The position numbers and the translations under genes were made by a program. A stretch of DNA of 64,000 nt. Source: Oikopleura dioica (lineage: Eukaryota > Animalia > Chordata). The stretch is from assembly GCA_907165135.1 (NCBI GenBank), contig OU015569.1:11842001-11906000 (forward strand), read 5' to 3'. The first letter of the stretch is position 1. Each line of letters begins with the position of its first letter. Positions 54,188 to 64,000 of the stretch are shown here, in pieces. The notes below the pieces were generated by a model. It was given only the letters and a program-made list of their open reading frames with translations, was not told where the DNA came from and searched no databases.

Positions 54188-54923
54188 ATGCCAGTCGAGA
54201 AAAAGAATGGCGAGTGGTTGAGTATGACGTTGGCGCAGGTGTTCAAAGGCAGGGTTCATCCTAAACTTATGAATTAGCTCAAAGAAATCAATACTTTGTT
54301 GACTGATTTGTTGAAACCATGTAACAGATCCCTGGAGTTCTGTTTCGAGGAAGAAAGCAACGACGTGGGAGACCAGGTGATCTACAAAACGAGGGCTGGT
54401 CGTCAAATCGTCGCCATGCTCGTTGCCAGCTCCAAAATGGGCATGACTCCGATGGATGTGTTCAATGAGGTACTCGTGGAAGATCACGACATTCTCGCGT
54501 TTCTTAAAGAATACAGCGTCACTGAAGATGTAGGACATTCAGTGACGACTTGGAGTCGCATTCAAGGTATTAGGGAAAAAGGTAGTTATCGTATTCATCA
54601 CTCTAGGTGGGGTTTATGGGGCTTTTCAGCCAATCAGAGAGCACTTTTCTTTGCTTTAGCATATCAGAAGTTTTGTGGGGTTAGTGGGGATGTTCTGTGG
54701 GGTTGGTCGTTTCTAACTTGCTAAGCAAAGAATACTGGTCTTTGATTCGCTGAAAAACCCTATAAGCCACATAAAAAGGTGCACTCTCTCTCTCAAAAGA
54801 AGCGGAAAATTAACATCCTTTTTCTTCAGCTTACCTCCTCTTCGCGAAGCTAACAAAAATGAACGTCTTCAAGCCACTTGGAAAATGCGACGTTTCCTCT
54901 TGCGATCCTTCCGAAGAAGAAGT
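54188..54923 (+). CDS. 5' part of C2H2 zinc-finger gene ZF2, interrupted by the LTR element
   Basis: Exon from 54830 (YLLFAKLTKMNVFKPLGKCDVSSCDPSEEEV) joins in frame to 61669 once the element and one TSD are removed; upstream exons (about 54188-54254, 54330-54530) are less certain. Confidence 0.65.
54607..54770. mobile_element. Intronic foldback MITE
   Basis: gtggggtttatggggcttttcagccaatc...tttgctttagca / tgctaagcaaag...gattcgctgaaaaaccctataagccac. Confidence 0.65.
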
Positions 54924-55274
54924 TACTGGGTTCTCAACGGAGTCCGAGAGTATCCCTGGCCAGTAATTCTTGAGAAGCTACTGTCCAAGGGTACGACTAT
55001 GGTCAACGATGAGGCCATGTTCTTTTTGTGCCTCGTTGCTACGAATTCCTGCTACGACTACTCTAGAATAAACTCAGTGAAGACACAGTAGATGGAGTTT
55101 TTCTCTATGTATTTGGCGCTCGATCATAAAAATGCAAAGCGGCTTTCGCCGAGAATGGCAGGACACTGAATGTTGAAATTTGCGCCGGGCGCAGAGTCGA
55201 GCGAAAATCGTCCGCCTCCGCGCAGCCCGAGGCACACTGAGTTACATAACGGACTAGCCGCTCTGAACCCATTA
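54924..55274 (-). repeat. 3' LTR (351 bp)
   Basis: Base-for-base identical to 61314-61664 by eye; preceded on the minus strand by a short purine-rich GCCGGAAGGCA (weak PPT). Confidence 0.95.
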
Positions 55275-55307
55275 TGCCTTCCGGCGCGTTATAGAATTAC
55301 TATGCCA

Positions 55308-56175
55308 TTATGCCTGGGCAAGTTTTTGGTCCGCAAGTTCCTGGGCCACTTTTTGGTCCTGGGTTTCTTGGGCCTGTTTTTCCGAGCGGTCTTTTGCCTG
55401 GGCTTGCTTCAAAAGCTGATTTCGCGTGACGGGCCGAGTAGCATAGGGGGCTGGAAGTCTGGGATTTTGTAGGAGCGCACAACGCGCGCAGGACCAGGTG
55501 CTGGTTCTGACGGTGCGCTAGAATTTCCGATATCTGCAGGAACTGTCAGGGGTGACTGTGAGGGTTCAGGATGACGGTTTTCGGCCGGCGAAACGGTATT
55601 CTGAGTAGAATCAGCGGGCGGTACTGTCGTATTCGCAGGATCCTCACAGTCAAAGTAAATCGTTTCCTCTTGATCGGGAGGTGGCGGAGTAACATTTTCA
55701 GGGCGCACTGCCTCCGGATCAATTCTGAGGTTATCAGGAGGAGGGTCCACGAGCGGAATTGGACTTTTGGAGGGCTGGGCGTGGTTTTTGGCAGCGGAAT
55801 ATTGAGGGCAGGGAAATATGGAATTGGACCAAGATGTGGGAACCGCTTGATCTTTTTGATACAAGAGGACCGATGGAACCAATCCGAATTACCTTCCTCG
55901 TCAGAGGCCTGGACAACGAATCCGTTCGAAGCTTGCACGTAATACGGGCCAAGCCAGCGACATTTGGACGACTTCGCGACTGTCGAGTTTTCGCGCTTGA
56001 TCAGAATTTCGTCGCCAGGTTCTAACGGTTCAGGGGTGATTCTTGGACGGTTCCGGAGCACAGATTCGTCAGCGTGCTGCTGACAAATAGACATTTTATC
56101 GTAGAGTAGCTTCGTAACTCTTCTTCGCTGCTTGAGGAAATCAGGGATATTTACGCCCGACGGCATCTCAGTCAT
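55308..56175 (-). CDS. Integrase C-terminal tail (GPY/F domain plus Pro/Thr linker), split over three frames
   Basis: KCRWLGPYYV motif in ORF 55546-56175; P/T/E-rich EETIYFDCED in ORF 55409-55882; YATRPVTRNQ...DQKLAQA* in a third frame. Confidence 0.7.
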
Positions 56176-59100
56176 TCTATCGAAATCAGAGAGCTGCGGG
56201 GAGTACCAAAAACGGCTTCGTGAGGCGACACGCGAGTGCTCTTGTTGGGCATTGCATTCATGATAAAGACGACTCTTTTGAGCACAACCGGCCAGTCAAC
56301 CGAGAGTGAATGCGCCATGATAAAGACAGCATTTTTCAGCTCTCGGTGACGAGACTCGAGGAGTGAGCAAGATTGAGGTCTATATGCGCAGTGAAATCGC
56401 CATTTCAACTTATTCGCGAGTGCAAATTCGGCATTGAGCTGACTCGTAAAGTGCGTGCCGCGGTCGGTCGACAGGATTTCTGGCTGGGGATAAACGTCGA
56501 GTAGATTTTCAGTAATTGCCTTTACTGCGTCCACCGCGCGACAGCGACGGGTAGGAACGACAATAAGGTATTTCGTGAAAGTGCAGAGGATCGTGACGGC
56601 GTACCGGAGGCCTGATCGGCTGACCGGAAGCTCAATAAAATCCACGTGGCAACGCTGAAAGGGCCGTTCGCCTTTGACAGTAGGGCGGAAACCGGGGTCT
56701 TGATGACGTCCACGTTGACCACTTACATGATGGCAAGGGCAGGATTTGACGTAGTTAGTCACATCAGTTGCGAGACTGGGCCAAGTCATATGCGACATTT
56801 TCTCGAGCATTCTCTTGCCTCCAGCGTGATTACAGTTATCATGATATGATCGTAACACGTCTGGACGGAGAGAGGCGGGAATGTACATGCGTTTTTGATG
56901 GAGCAAGGCACCAGTATCTTCACATAAGCTAAGATGACGAAATTCGCGGGCAAGATAGGCCGATTCTTCGCATTTCGAGTCAGATTGAAATGCTTTGGAG
57001 TGTCTCAGCGCATCCATCGCGTCTTTGATCGGCTCGCAGGCATACTGTTCTGATGTGATACTCGTCTTTTGACACAGTGAACTCTCGATCGGGACTTTGT
57101 CGCACACGTGGGCAACAAGGTCACTTCCGTTAGACATCGATAATTCGTTGGCGTCAAACTGTACTTTCGGCTGTTTGGAGAGATCGATCCAGGATGGAAC
57201 ATAAATCCGAAACCCGTGGAAATCGTGGAATTGACCGGCTGGAATCGATTCACCGTTGAAAGTCGGGCGAAGAGTACTTTCGTTTGACGGGCGACTGTAA
57301 TAGTCAGCCAAGGAATTCTTCTCTCCTTCGAGGTATTGAACGCAAAAGTCGAACTGTGAGAGGAAGGCCCACCATCGGGCGAGCTTGTCGTTCTTACTTG
57401 TCTTCGCGTCAATAAAACTGAGGGCTTTATGGTCGCTTTTAATGATAAAACGGCGACCAGTGAGGTAAACACGGCAATCGGTAACAGCTAGAACAACTCC
57501 GAGGGCTTCTCGCTCTGTGGCAGAGTACCGTCGTTGAGTGTCTGTGAGTGTTTTTGAGCCGATTCGGACGATTCTCGATTTTCCATCTACGACTTGGAGC
57601 AGGGCCCAGCCGGCGGCAGCTGAGCTAGCATCTGTTACCAAGCAGAAGGGAAGGTTGAAGTCCGGGAACCATAGAGTCGCTGGCGATGCAAGTTTCTGTT
57701 TTAACTTGTTGAACGCCTTTGACGCTTCCGATGACCACGTAAATTTTGACTTGGGGCGATTCGTTTTCAGCAATCCGGTAATTGGCTTCATTATGTCGCT
57801 GAATGACTCAGAAGCGACATTGTCCATCGGCTTGACAGAACAGTAGTTACGAATCCAATTACAGAGGCCAATAAGGCTTTGAAGCCCTTTGTAATCAGTC
57901 GGAGGGGTCATCTTGAGGATAGCGGCGGCGTTGTCGGGATCGACAGTCGTTCCATGAGTGTTGACAATGCGGCCCAACCATTTTACCTCATCATAAAGCA
58001 GAAACGTTTTCTTGCCTCCAGCGACAAAACCGTATTCGTGTATTTTGTCCAGGAGCTCGATCAGTGTTTCGCAGTAGGTATCGAAGTCAGAAGCGAATAT
58101 GAGGATATCGTCCACATACACTTTGATGTTTTCACGGTATTTCATGCCACGAAGAGCAAATGCAATAGCGCGAGAAAAAATGTGACCGGAAGTGCGGAGC
58201 CCGAAGGGCAACCGCGTAAATTTGAGAGTTTCATTATTCCAAGTCACGGTTAGCTTGACCTGATCTTCCTCTCGAACAGCGATATTCCAGAAGCCTTTCG
58301 AAATATCGATCGTGCCAAAGAATATCATGCCCGGAGGGATCTCGGCTTCAGCGTCGATGGATGGAATCATGAACGTGTCGTTGTTAACTAATAGTTTGTT
58401 AACAGTGAGGTTGAGATTGAGGATTAATCTTGTTGAACCGTCGCTCTTGAGAACACCTCCCACTGGCGTGTTCCAGCCGCACGTGTTATCGCTTGGAACT
58501 AGAACAGTCAGGGCCTTGAGCTTCTCAAACTCAGCTGTTATCGCAGGTACATGGCGTTGCGCTACTCGGAATTGAGGGACGTGCTTCGTTTTTCCAGGCA
58601 CGGTATCAATATCAGCCACATAGCTTTTGAATTTGCCAACAGGGCGAGAAGGAGTTGAATAAGCTGCGCGTCTGTCAAGGACGATCTGCGCGACTCGCTG
58701 AGCTCTGCTGGGATTGTCGCCGATGTGGATGTTGGCACCGATTTCCTTCTTGACGATCTCGACGAGATCGACAGCAGTGACGGACTCGTAAGCAGCGTAG
58801 GTTTTGCCAGAATCGAAGCACTGGAAGAAACTCTCGTACTTGGGGTTATTCACATATGGAATCTTAGCTAAGGTGTTTCCGTGGTAAGCACGTAACAGTA
58901 ATTTTCGATCCCCAAGTACTTGAACGATTTCTCCGCAGCGGTCGAAAAGAGGATGTCTACCAATTATAGCCGGGATTTGCATCGTATTTGACGGAAGTAC
59001 AAACCACCTGGTAGTTGGGAACATTGCGTGTGGGCCAATGCGAATGCTGGTGTTGATAACGCCAATACAGCGATTGTCAGCACCGATCCCCCTTACTTTC

Positions 59101-59357
59101 TGTGAAGTCGGCTCAATTTTGAGGTTGAGATCGCGTGCTGCACGCTCAGAAATTAGGCTTCCGAAGCTGCCAGTATCGTACAAGCACGGGACCCAAAGAC
59201 CAGAAAATTTATGGCGTTGAATGAACTCCACAGGAAGGTAGACGGCTTCGCTGTTGGCCGAACAATGTTTAAAAAAGGAGCCACCGCAGACGGGCAGCTT
59301 AGCAGCTTTGGCAAGAGAAAGTCCGACGAAATCAGATGTTCCGCCGGAGCCAATTAG
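56172..59357 (-). CDS. pol: Pol polyprotein (protease, RT, RNase H, integrase core)
   Basis: LYDTGS; IDISKGFWNI, LPFGL, YVDDILI; LVTDAS...YSATEREAL...SDHKAL; HHCC finger, HVDFIEL, STDRGTHF, LLESRH; frame open back to the gag slippery site. Confidence 0.95.
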   Translation of the reverse strand, partial: LIGSGGTSDFVGLSLAKAAKLPVCGGSFFKHCSANSEAVYLPVEFIQRHKFSGLWVPCLYDTGSFGSLISERAARDLNLKIEPTSQKVRGIGADNRCIGVINTSIRIGPHAMFPTTRWFVLPSNTMQIPAIIGRHPLFDRCGEIVQVLGDRKLLLRAYHGNTLAKIPYVNNPKYESFFQCFDSGKTYAAYESVTAVDLVEIVKKEIGANIHIGDNPSRAQRVAQIVLDRRAAYSTPSRPVGKFKSYVADIDTVPGKTKHVPQFRVAQRHVPAITAEFEKLKALTVLVPSDNTCGWNTPVGGVLKSDGSTRLILNLNLTVNKLLVNNDTFMIPSIDAEAEIPPGMIFFGTIDISKGFWNIAVREEDQVKLTVTWNNETLKFTRLPFGLRTSGHIFSRAIAFALRGMKYRENIKVYVDDILIFASDFDTYCETLIELLDKIHEYGFVAGGKKTFLLYDEVKWLGRIVNTHGTTVDPDNAAAILKMTPPTDYKGLQSLIGLCNWIRNYCSVKPMDNVASESFSDIMKPITGLLKTNRPKSKFTWSSEASKAFNKLKQKLASPATLWFPDFNLPFCLVTDASSAAAGWALLQVVDGKSRIVRIGSKTLTDTQRRYSATEREALGVVLAVTDCRVYLTGRRFIIKSDHKALSFIDAKTSKNDKLARWWAFLSQFDFCVQYLEGEKNSLADYYSRPSNESTLRPTFNGESIPAGQFHDFHGFRIYVPSWIDLSKQPKVQFDANELSMSNGSDLVAHVCDKVPIESSLCQKTSITSEQYACEPIKDAMDALRHSKAFQSDSKCEESAYLAREFRHLSLCEDTGALLHQKRMYIPASLRPDVLRSYHDNCNHAGGKRMLEKMSHMTWPSLATDVTNYVKSCPCHHVSGQRGRHQDPGFRPTVKGERPFQRCHVDFIELPVSRSGLRYAVTILCTFTKYLIVVPTRRCRAVDAVKAITENLLDVYPQPEILSTDRGTHFTSQLNAEFALANKLKWRFHCAYRPQSCSLLESRHRELKNAVFIMAHSLSVDWPVVLKRVVFIMNAMPNKSTRVSPHEAVFGTPRSSLISIE

Positions 59358-59363
59358 TTTTTT
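59322..59363 (-). promoter_or_regulatory. -1 programmed ribosomal frameshift signal (A AAA AAC plus stem-loop)
   Basis: Heptamer 59357-59363 directly before gag TAA; 8-nt spacer; 10-bp stem TCCGGCGGAA/TTTCGTCGGA with 7-nt loop; pol is in the -1 frame. Confidence 0.88.
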
Positions 59364-60730
59364 GAAGAATACTCGGGGTGAGGGTCAGCGTAGTAAGATG
59401 CGTTGTTGTAATTGTACATCTGATTGTGTGGCACGAAAGGGGCTGCGTTAGGATTATACGGACTTTCAAAGTGCTCGTATCCCTGCGGCGGCGCGCAATC
59501 GGCCGACTCGGCGGCGTTGACGCCGTAGACTTGCTGACCATAGGCAGGGTTTGATTGGTATCGACGCATTTGAGGAGGGAAATTAGGGCCATCGTGGCGC
59601 CTGTACATAGACTGATTGTTTGGGTTACCCTTGGCGCCGTTGTTCCCATTGCCCGCGCTACCACCGTTGTTGGAACGATTGTTCCCGTTGTTTTGGCGGT
59701 TATCGCCGTTGTGACCATTGCCGTTGCCAGCGTGGCCACCATTGTTATTGCCATTACGGCGGCGACGTCGGTTATTATTGGATTGATTCTGATTATTGTT
59801 CGACTGAGCGTTGTTGTGACGATCGTCATCGTCGCGCTTGTCGTTCTTCGCGCTGGAATTGTTTCCCTTCTTGTTAGACTGGTTTCCAGGGCGTCTCGAC
59901 TCGGCGGCGTTGCACGAGGAGAAAGTAGTCTGGACGCTGAGTGCCTGAGCTCTCGCAGCAAGCTGGTCCGGGGATGAGAACGTACTCAACTCGATCACGA
60001 TGGAGCTGTACAACTCGGCCGACTCCTGGCGGATCGAGTGCAAGGTCTTCATCGTGACGAGGAGATTAAAAGCATCATGAAATGTCGGAGTGTAGGAAGT
60101 AAGCGTAGGGTCAGCTTTGATCTTGTTCGCTTTGATCAGTTCCTCGTAACCTTGGATGATCGGCTCTAGCTGGGCAACGCACTCGGCATGGAAGGTCGAG
60201 AACGACTTATTAAATGGCTTCGGTCGGTTCTGCCATGTTTCCAAGCGTTGAAAAACGTTGCTCGCATTGCCATAATTGGTTTGGATGCACTTGATGAGGT
60301 CGCTTTCACTCTTAATTGAAGCAAGTTCTAGCGTCTTCAAAACATTAGCCGATAACTTAGGCTTAATGGAAGCGTAGATGCGTTCAAAGTCGAGAGTTCG
60401 GCATGACTGGATAATCGCTCTTACTTTGTTGATGAACGTGCTAGCATCTTCGGCACTGGCACCGGTAAACTTGGGCAGTGATTGCAAGTGTTGGCACAAA
60501 AGTTGGCCTTCTAAATGAATCATGTCCGAAGAACCCGAGCTGGCGGAAGTAGCTGGACCGGCGCTCATAACAAGTTGGACGAGTTCAGCTTTGGCATCGG
60601 CGATCTCCTTCTCGAGGTCAGCTTTTGCCTGAATCTGGGCATCCGTGGTGGGAGGGCGATCAGTGTAGGTATCGAGTTTAGTCTGAGCCACAAGAATCTT
60701 GGCTTTTAGTTCCTCCATTGTCGTAGTCAT
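59354..60730 (-). CDS. gag: Gag, 458 aa, with Asn/Gly-rich then Tyr/Pro/Gln-rich C-terminus; no CCHC knuckle seen
   Basis: First long ORF after PBS; N-terminal coiled coil; LPKFTG capsid-like motif; ends at the slippery site. Confidence 0.88.
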   Translation of the reverse strand: MTTTMEELKAKILVAQTKLDTYTDRPPTTDAQIQAKADLEKEIADAKAELVQLVMSAGPATSASSGSSDMIHLEGQLLCQHLQSLPKFTGASAEDASTFINKVRAIIQSCRTLDFERIYASIKPKLSANVLKTLELASIKSESDLIKCIQTNYGNASNVFQRLETWQNRPKPFNKSFSTFHAECVAQLEPIIQGYEELIKANKIKADPTLTSYTPTFHDAFNLLVTMKTLHSIRQESAELYSSIVIELSTFSSPDQLAARAQALSVQTTFSSCNAAESRRPGNQSNKKGNNSSAKNDKRDDDDRHNNAQSNNNQNQSNNNRRRRRNGNNNGGHAGNGNGHNGDNRQNNGNNRSNNGGSAGNGNNGAKGNPNNQSMYRRHDGPNFPPQMRRYQSNPAYGQQVYGVNAAESADCAPPQGYEHFESPYNPNAAPFVPHNQMYNYNNASYYADPHPEYSSKN

Positions 60731-60732
60731 TG

Positions 60733-61187
60733 CTGAAAGATGGAGATTCTAGGAGTGCTACACTATCAAGGTTTGATTGAGACTTGGGATAAGAAACCTT
60801 TCGGAATCTTACAACGAAAATCTTTCGTTGAAAAATGCGCGAAAATAAAATTTGAAAATCTGATATGGGGCTAGCCTAAGTCTAGTGCGCAACGGCTTGT
60901 CCGGATTCCGTTACACTGACTTGATCTACAACCGCGATCGACTGTTGTCGTTCTCATCAACAGGTTCGCAGGAGATTGTGCGCAAAGTCCGTTACTGCGG
61001 ACATGTTATTATGTTTTCGACCTTGGAAGCATCCGTTGCCTCGAAAACTGACCAGCAGTTTCCGGGGAAAACGGCGTTCTCATTGGCCGCCCAGGACCAT
61101 CCCCCTAGACCGCGTGATAATAAGGGCTGGGAGCTAGAACTAGGAAAAATTATGACGAGGGGCGAAGTCGCGCCGCTCGGCTCATAC
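60733..61187 (-). other. Predicted 455-nt intron in the element's 5' leader
   Basis: Donor AAG|GTATGAG at 61187; acceptor CTTTCAG|CAATG two bases before the gag ATG. Confidence 0.55.
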
Positions 61188-61296
61188 CTTGACCGACAGA
61201 GTTAACGTAAAAATAACATAAAAAAATAACGAAAAAGTAAAAATAAACATAGGAAATACAATACCGAGTGTCGTAGAGGGAAATTCGAGCACTCGG

Positions 61297-61311
61297 CTCT
61301 TCTGCACACCA
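61297..61311 (-). promoter_or_regulatory. Primer-binding site TGGTGTGCAGAAGAG
   Basis: Begins with TGG 2 nt after the 5' LTR end; primer tRNA not confidently assigned. Confidence 0.75.
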
Positions 61312-61313
61312 GT

Positions 61314-61664
61314 TACTGGGTTCTCAACGGAGTCCGAGAGTATCCCTGGCCAGTAATTCTTGAGAAGCTACTGTCCAAGGGTACGACTATGGTCAACGAT
61401 GAGGCCATGTTCTTTTTGTGCCTCGTTGCTACGAATTCCTGCTACGACTACTCTAGAATAAACTCAGTGAAGACACAGTAGATGGAGTTTTTCTCTATGT
61501 ATTTGGCGCTCGATCATAAAAATGCAAAGCGGCTTTCGCCGAGAATGGCAGGACACTGAATGTTGAAATTTGCGCCGGGCGCAGAGTCGAGCGAAAATCG
61601 TCCGCCTCCGCGCAGCCCGAGGCACACTGAGTTACATAACGGACTAGCCGCTCTGAACCCATTA
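61314..61664 (-). repeat. 5' LTR (351 bp)
   Basis: Ends TAATGGGTTC...GAACCCAGTA (9/10 inverted repeat). Confidence 0.95.
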
Positions 61665-64000
61665 AAGTCGTAGTTGTCACTTTGAAAGAAGAACCAGCCG
61701 ACATCGAAGAAATCAACTTCGAACACGAAAACGAGTACTCCAGTTTTGTGGTAAACAACTTTTCTGGCGATGAGTCCGAAGACGAAACTTACTTGGACGA
61801 AAATCAACGGCCGAGGTTAAGAAAACGACGCAAAGATGGATCTGCCAAGGTTTCTAAAAAGATGAAGACACCGGTAAGTCATACTAGATATCCTTTGATT
61901 CTATTGAATATTCGTTAGTTTAACAAGCAGCTTCTCATTTATCTCTCGATAGTCCGTCAAAAAGTTTCTTAAGGTAATCAGAAACGCTCCCTCTTTAAAC
62001 TCTCTGGTCAAACCAGTAAGCGCTGTGGATGAAGCCGTTGGCTTGGACTACACTGACGGCAACGAGGTCACTTACATCAACACTCCGATGATCGACGAAG
62101 ACAACGAAATGGAACTCATCCAGAAGCAGTACGAAAAGGCGGAGAAAAAACGAAAGAAATCGCTGGAAAAAGAAGCAAAAGAAGCCTCAGAGCAGCGAAT
62201 GCGCCTTCCCCAAATTAAAAACATGACGGCAAAGTTGAAAACAGAGCTTCTGGAGAAAATCGCCACGAGTTGCGGCAAATGCGGAAACAGCGAACCGCTG
62301 CTCGACATTCCGCAAAAAGACTACGACGTGCTCTTCCGGGAACACATGATGCAGGTGCACGGAGAAAAGGACGTCACCGCGCTGCAGAGCGAGTACGACG
62401 CCGAAATGCTGCTCAAATACAAAAACGCCAAGACTAAAGTCGTCGACGGAAAGACGCGTTACATCTGCACCAAGTGTCCCGAGCCACTTTTGTCCTTTGA
62501 AGCGTATAGAGATCACGCTCAGTGGCACGCAGAAATTGTTGAACGCGAAAAAAATTTCAGGAATGGATTTATTAGAATTACTTTCACAGTTTTTTATTTC
62601 ATTTTTTCATCCAACGAAAAGTGCGAAGGAACAGACGTACCCCTGCTCGGAAGAAAACTGCCATAGTATTTTCACTAGCTTCTTGGGCGTCTGGAATCAC
62701 ATGAAGGTCGTGCACCCGCGCTTCGTCTTCCCATGCCGAGTTTGCGACCAAGTCTCTCGCACCCAATTCGGAGTAAGTTCAGCATAGTGACACCTTTATT
62801 TCATCCCTTTCTTCTCTGCTGGAGATGAAAAACATGCTCTGTTGATTTTTTTTTCAAAAAAAATTCACTCAAGAAAAAAAATCATCAAAGTATTTTCTTT
62901 ATAAAAGCTTCATTTCAAAATTCATCTGTAAGACATAAAAATTGAATGAGCCATTTATATGTTCCAAAAACACTGGTCAAGAAATATCGTCTAAATTCAA
63001 GATCGGAGAGGAACAGTTGGGATCGACAAAATGAAATGAAAAGAGGGTTGAAAATGGTCAGAAATAATCATGTTTTATCAAGTTCCCTCCTTACCATTAT
63101 CCTTTTCTAGCGTCAGCAGCATTGGCACAAGTACCACTATGACGAGGGGACAATCAATGTCTGCGAAACTTGTGGCGAGTCCTTCACTTCTCAGTTCGCC
63201 CTCTACCATCACACCAAGCAACACCGCGCAAAGAAGAAGAAAGAGGAAGACGAAGAAAACGGCATCGGCAACTTGGCATGCGAGTTCTGTGGAAAAGTTT
63301 ACACGCGAAAGATGTCGCTCAGAAAACACATTGAAACTGTTCATGGAGAGCCTAAGTACAAGGTGACCGAAAAGAAACAAACTCTTCCTTATAAAACTGT
63401 CATTCTAGTGTCCATTGTGCCCAGCAAAGTTCCACCATCGCAAAAACATCCAACCACATTTATGTCGAGAGCACGGGGCGCCGCGTAAATTCGCCTGTGA
63501 GCTCTGCGGCCAACAGGTAAAAGAAAAGACAGATAGGATTGATGCTAGAGGTCTGTTCAGTTCATCCACGGAACGCACTACAAGAGGCACATGAAGCTGC
63601 ACGAAGAAAACCCGGGAAAAGTGCGGACGCCGAGGGCGAACCGCAGCGCCAACGGAGTCAACAGAAAGGACCAACTCAAGAAGGACGGGCAAAGCAGGCA
63701 AAAGCTGCCCACTTACGAGCCTGAGCCGATTTCGATCGCGACATTCGGGTTTAGAATCTTCCTTGATTACTGTTTCAAACGAGTTTTCGTGTATTTTCTT
63801 GGGTAATAATTCTGAGAAATTCTTTGAAATTCCGTTCTAAACCCGTCAAAAGTTCCCATCGAAGACGATGTCCAAGGAGAGCCCTCGACTTCTGCTCATC
63901 CACACGCCTCGGGCCCTATTTTCCCGCCCTTTCAACCCTTCGCCGGACAAAACCCAGACCCAAATGGGGGGCCCCAACAGCCGCCTTTTAACTACAACAA
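61665..64000 (+). CDS. 3' part of C2H2 zinc-finger gene ZF2 (several fingers; runs past the window end)
   Basis: VVVVTLKEEP...; CGKC...HMMQVH, CTKC...HAQWH, CSEENC...HMKVVH, CETC...HTKQH, CEFC...HIETVH, CELC...HMKLH across short introns. Confidence 0.85.

Larger units (their letters stand above)
54924..61664 (-). mobile_element. Full-length Ty3/gypsy (Tor-like) LTR retrotransposon, 6741 bp, no env
   Basis: Two identical 351-bp LTRs, TSD AAGT (54920-54923, 61665-61668), TGG-starting PBS, gag, then pol in PR-RT-RH-IN order. Confidence 0.96.

Noticed and set aside
54032-54538. 168-aa minus-strand ORF
   Set aside because: Overlaps predicted plus-strand ZF2 exons that have splice signals; likely a shadow ORF
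54921-54923. Extending the LTRs by the shared AGT (54921-54923, 61311-61313)
   Set aside because: These bases are explained by the TSD on one side and the PBS plus spacer on the other; extension removes the TSD and breaks the terminal inverted repeat
55300-56175. env-like third gene
   Set aside because: No signal peptide, TM helix or furin site; sequence carries the integrase GPY/F motif
59555-59977. Hydrophobic plus-strand ORFs (also 16377-16613)
   Set aside because: Antisense read-outs of Asn-rich Gag and Thr-rich mucin codons

Overview
This is compact, AT-rich eukaryotic DNA with very short introns, many GA/GC/GG splice donors and acceptor sites directly before start codons. That pattern fits a larvacean tunicate, most likely Oikopleura dioica (inferred from style, not from a search). 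About 20 multi-exon host genes can be rebuilt by eye: UBE2K 3' end, CECR2, an FRK/Src42A-like kinase, an SLC22 transporter, secreted proteins, a C-type lectin domain, an atypical kinase with a putative papain-fold tail, a SET protein, an Ig receptor, two C2H2 zinc-finger genes, two tandem paralog pairs, a TIL protein, cyclophilin, PSMB4 and a small membrane protein. A 6,741-bp Ty3/gypsy (Tor-like) LTR retrotransposon is inserted antisense in a coding exon of a zinc-finger gene. It has identical 351-bp LTRs, non-canonical TA...TA ends, a 4-bp TSD, a -1 frameshift signal, a leader intron and an Asn/Gly-rich Gag. Non-coding DNA holds several MITE/foldback families and three tRNA-headed SINE-like copies with covarying hairpins. 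The best leads are the kinase-peptidase fusion, the hairpin-ended non-canonical introns in the Src-like gene, the LTR element and the structured SINE-like RNA. All gene models and homologies are manual; no searches were run.
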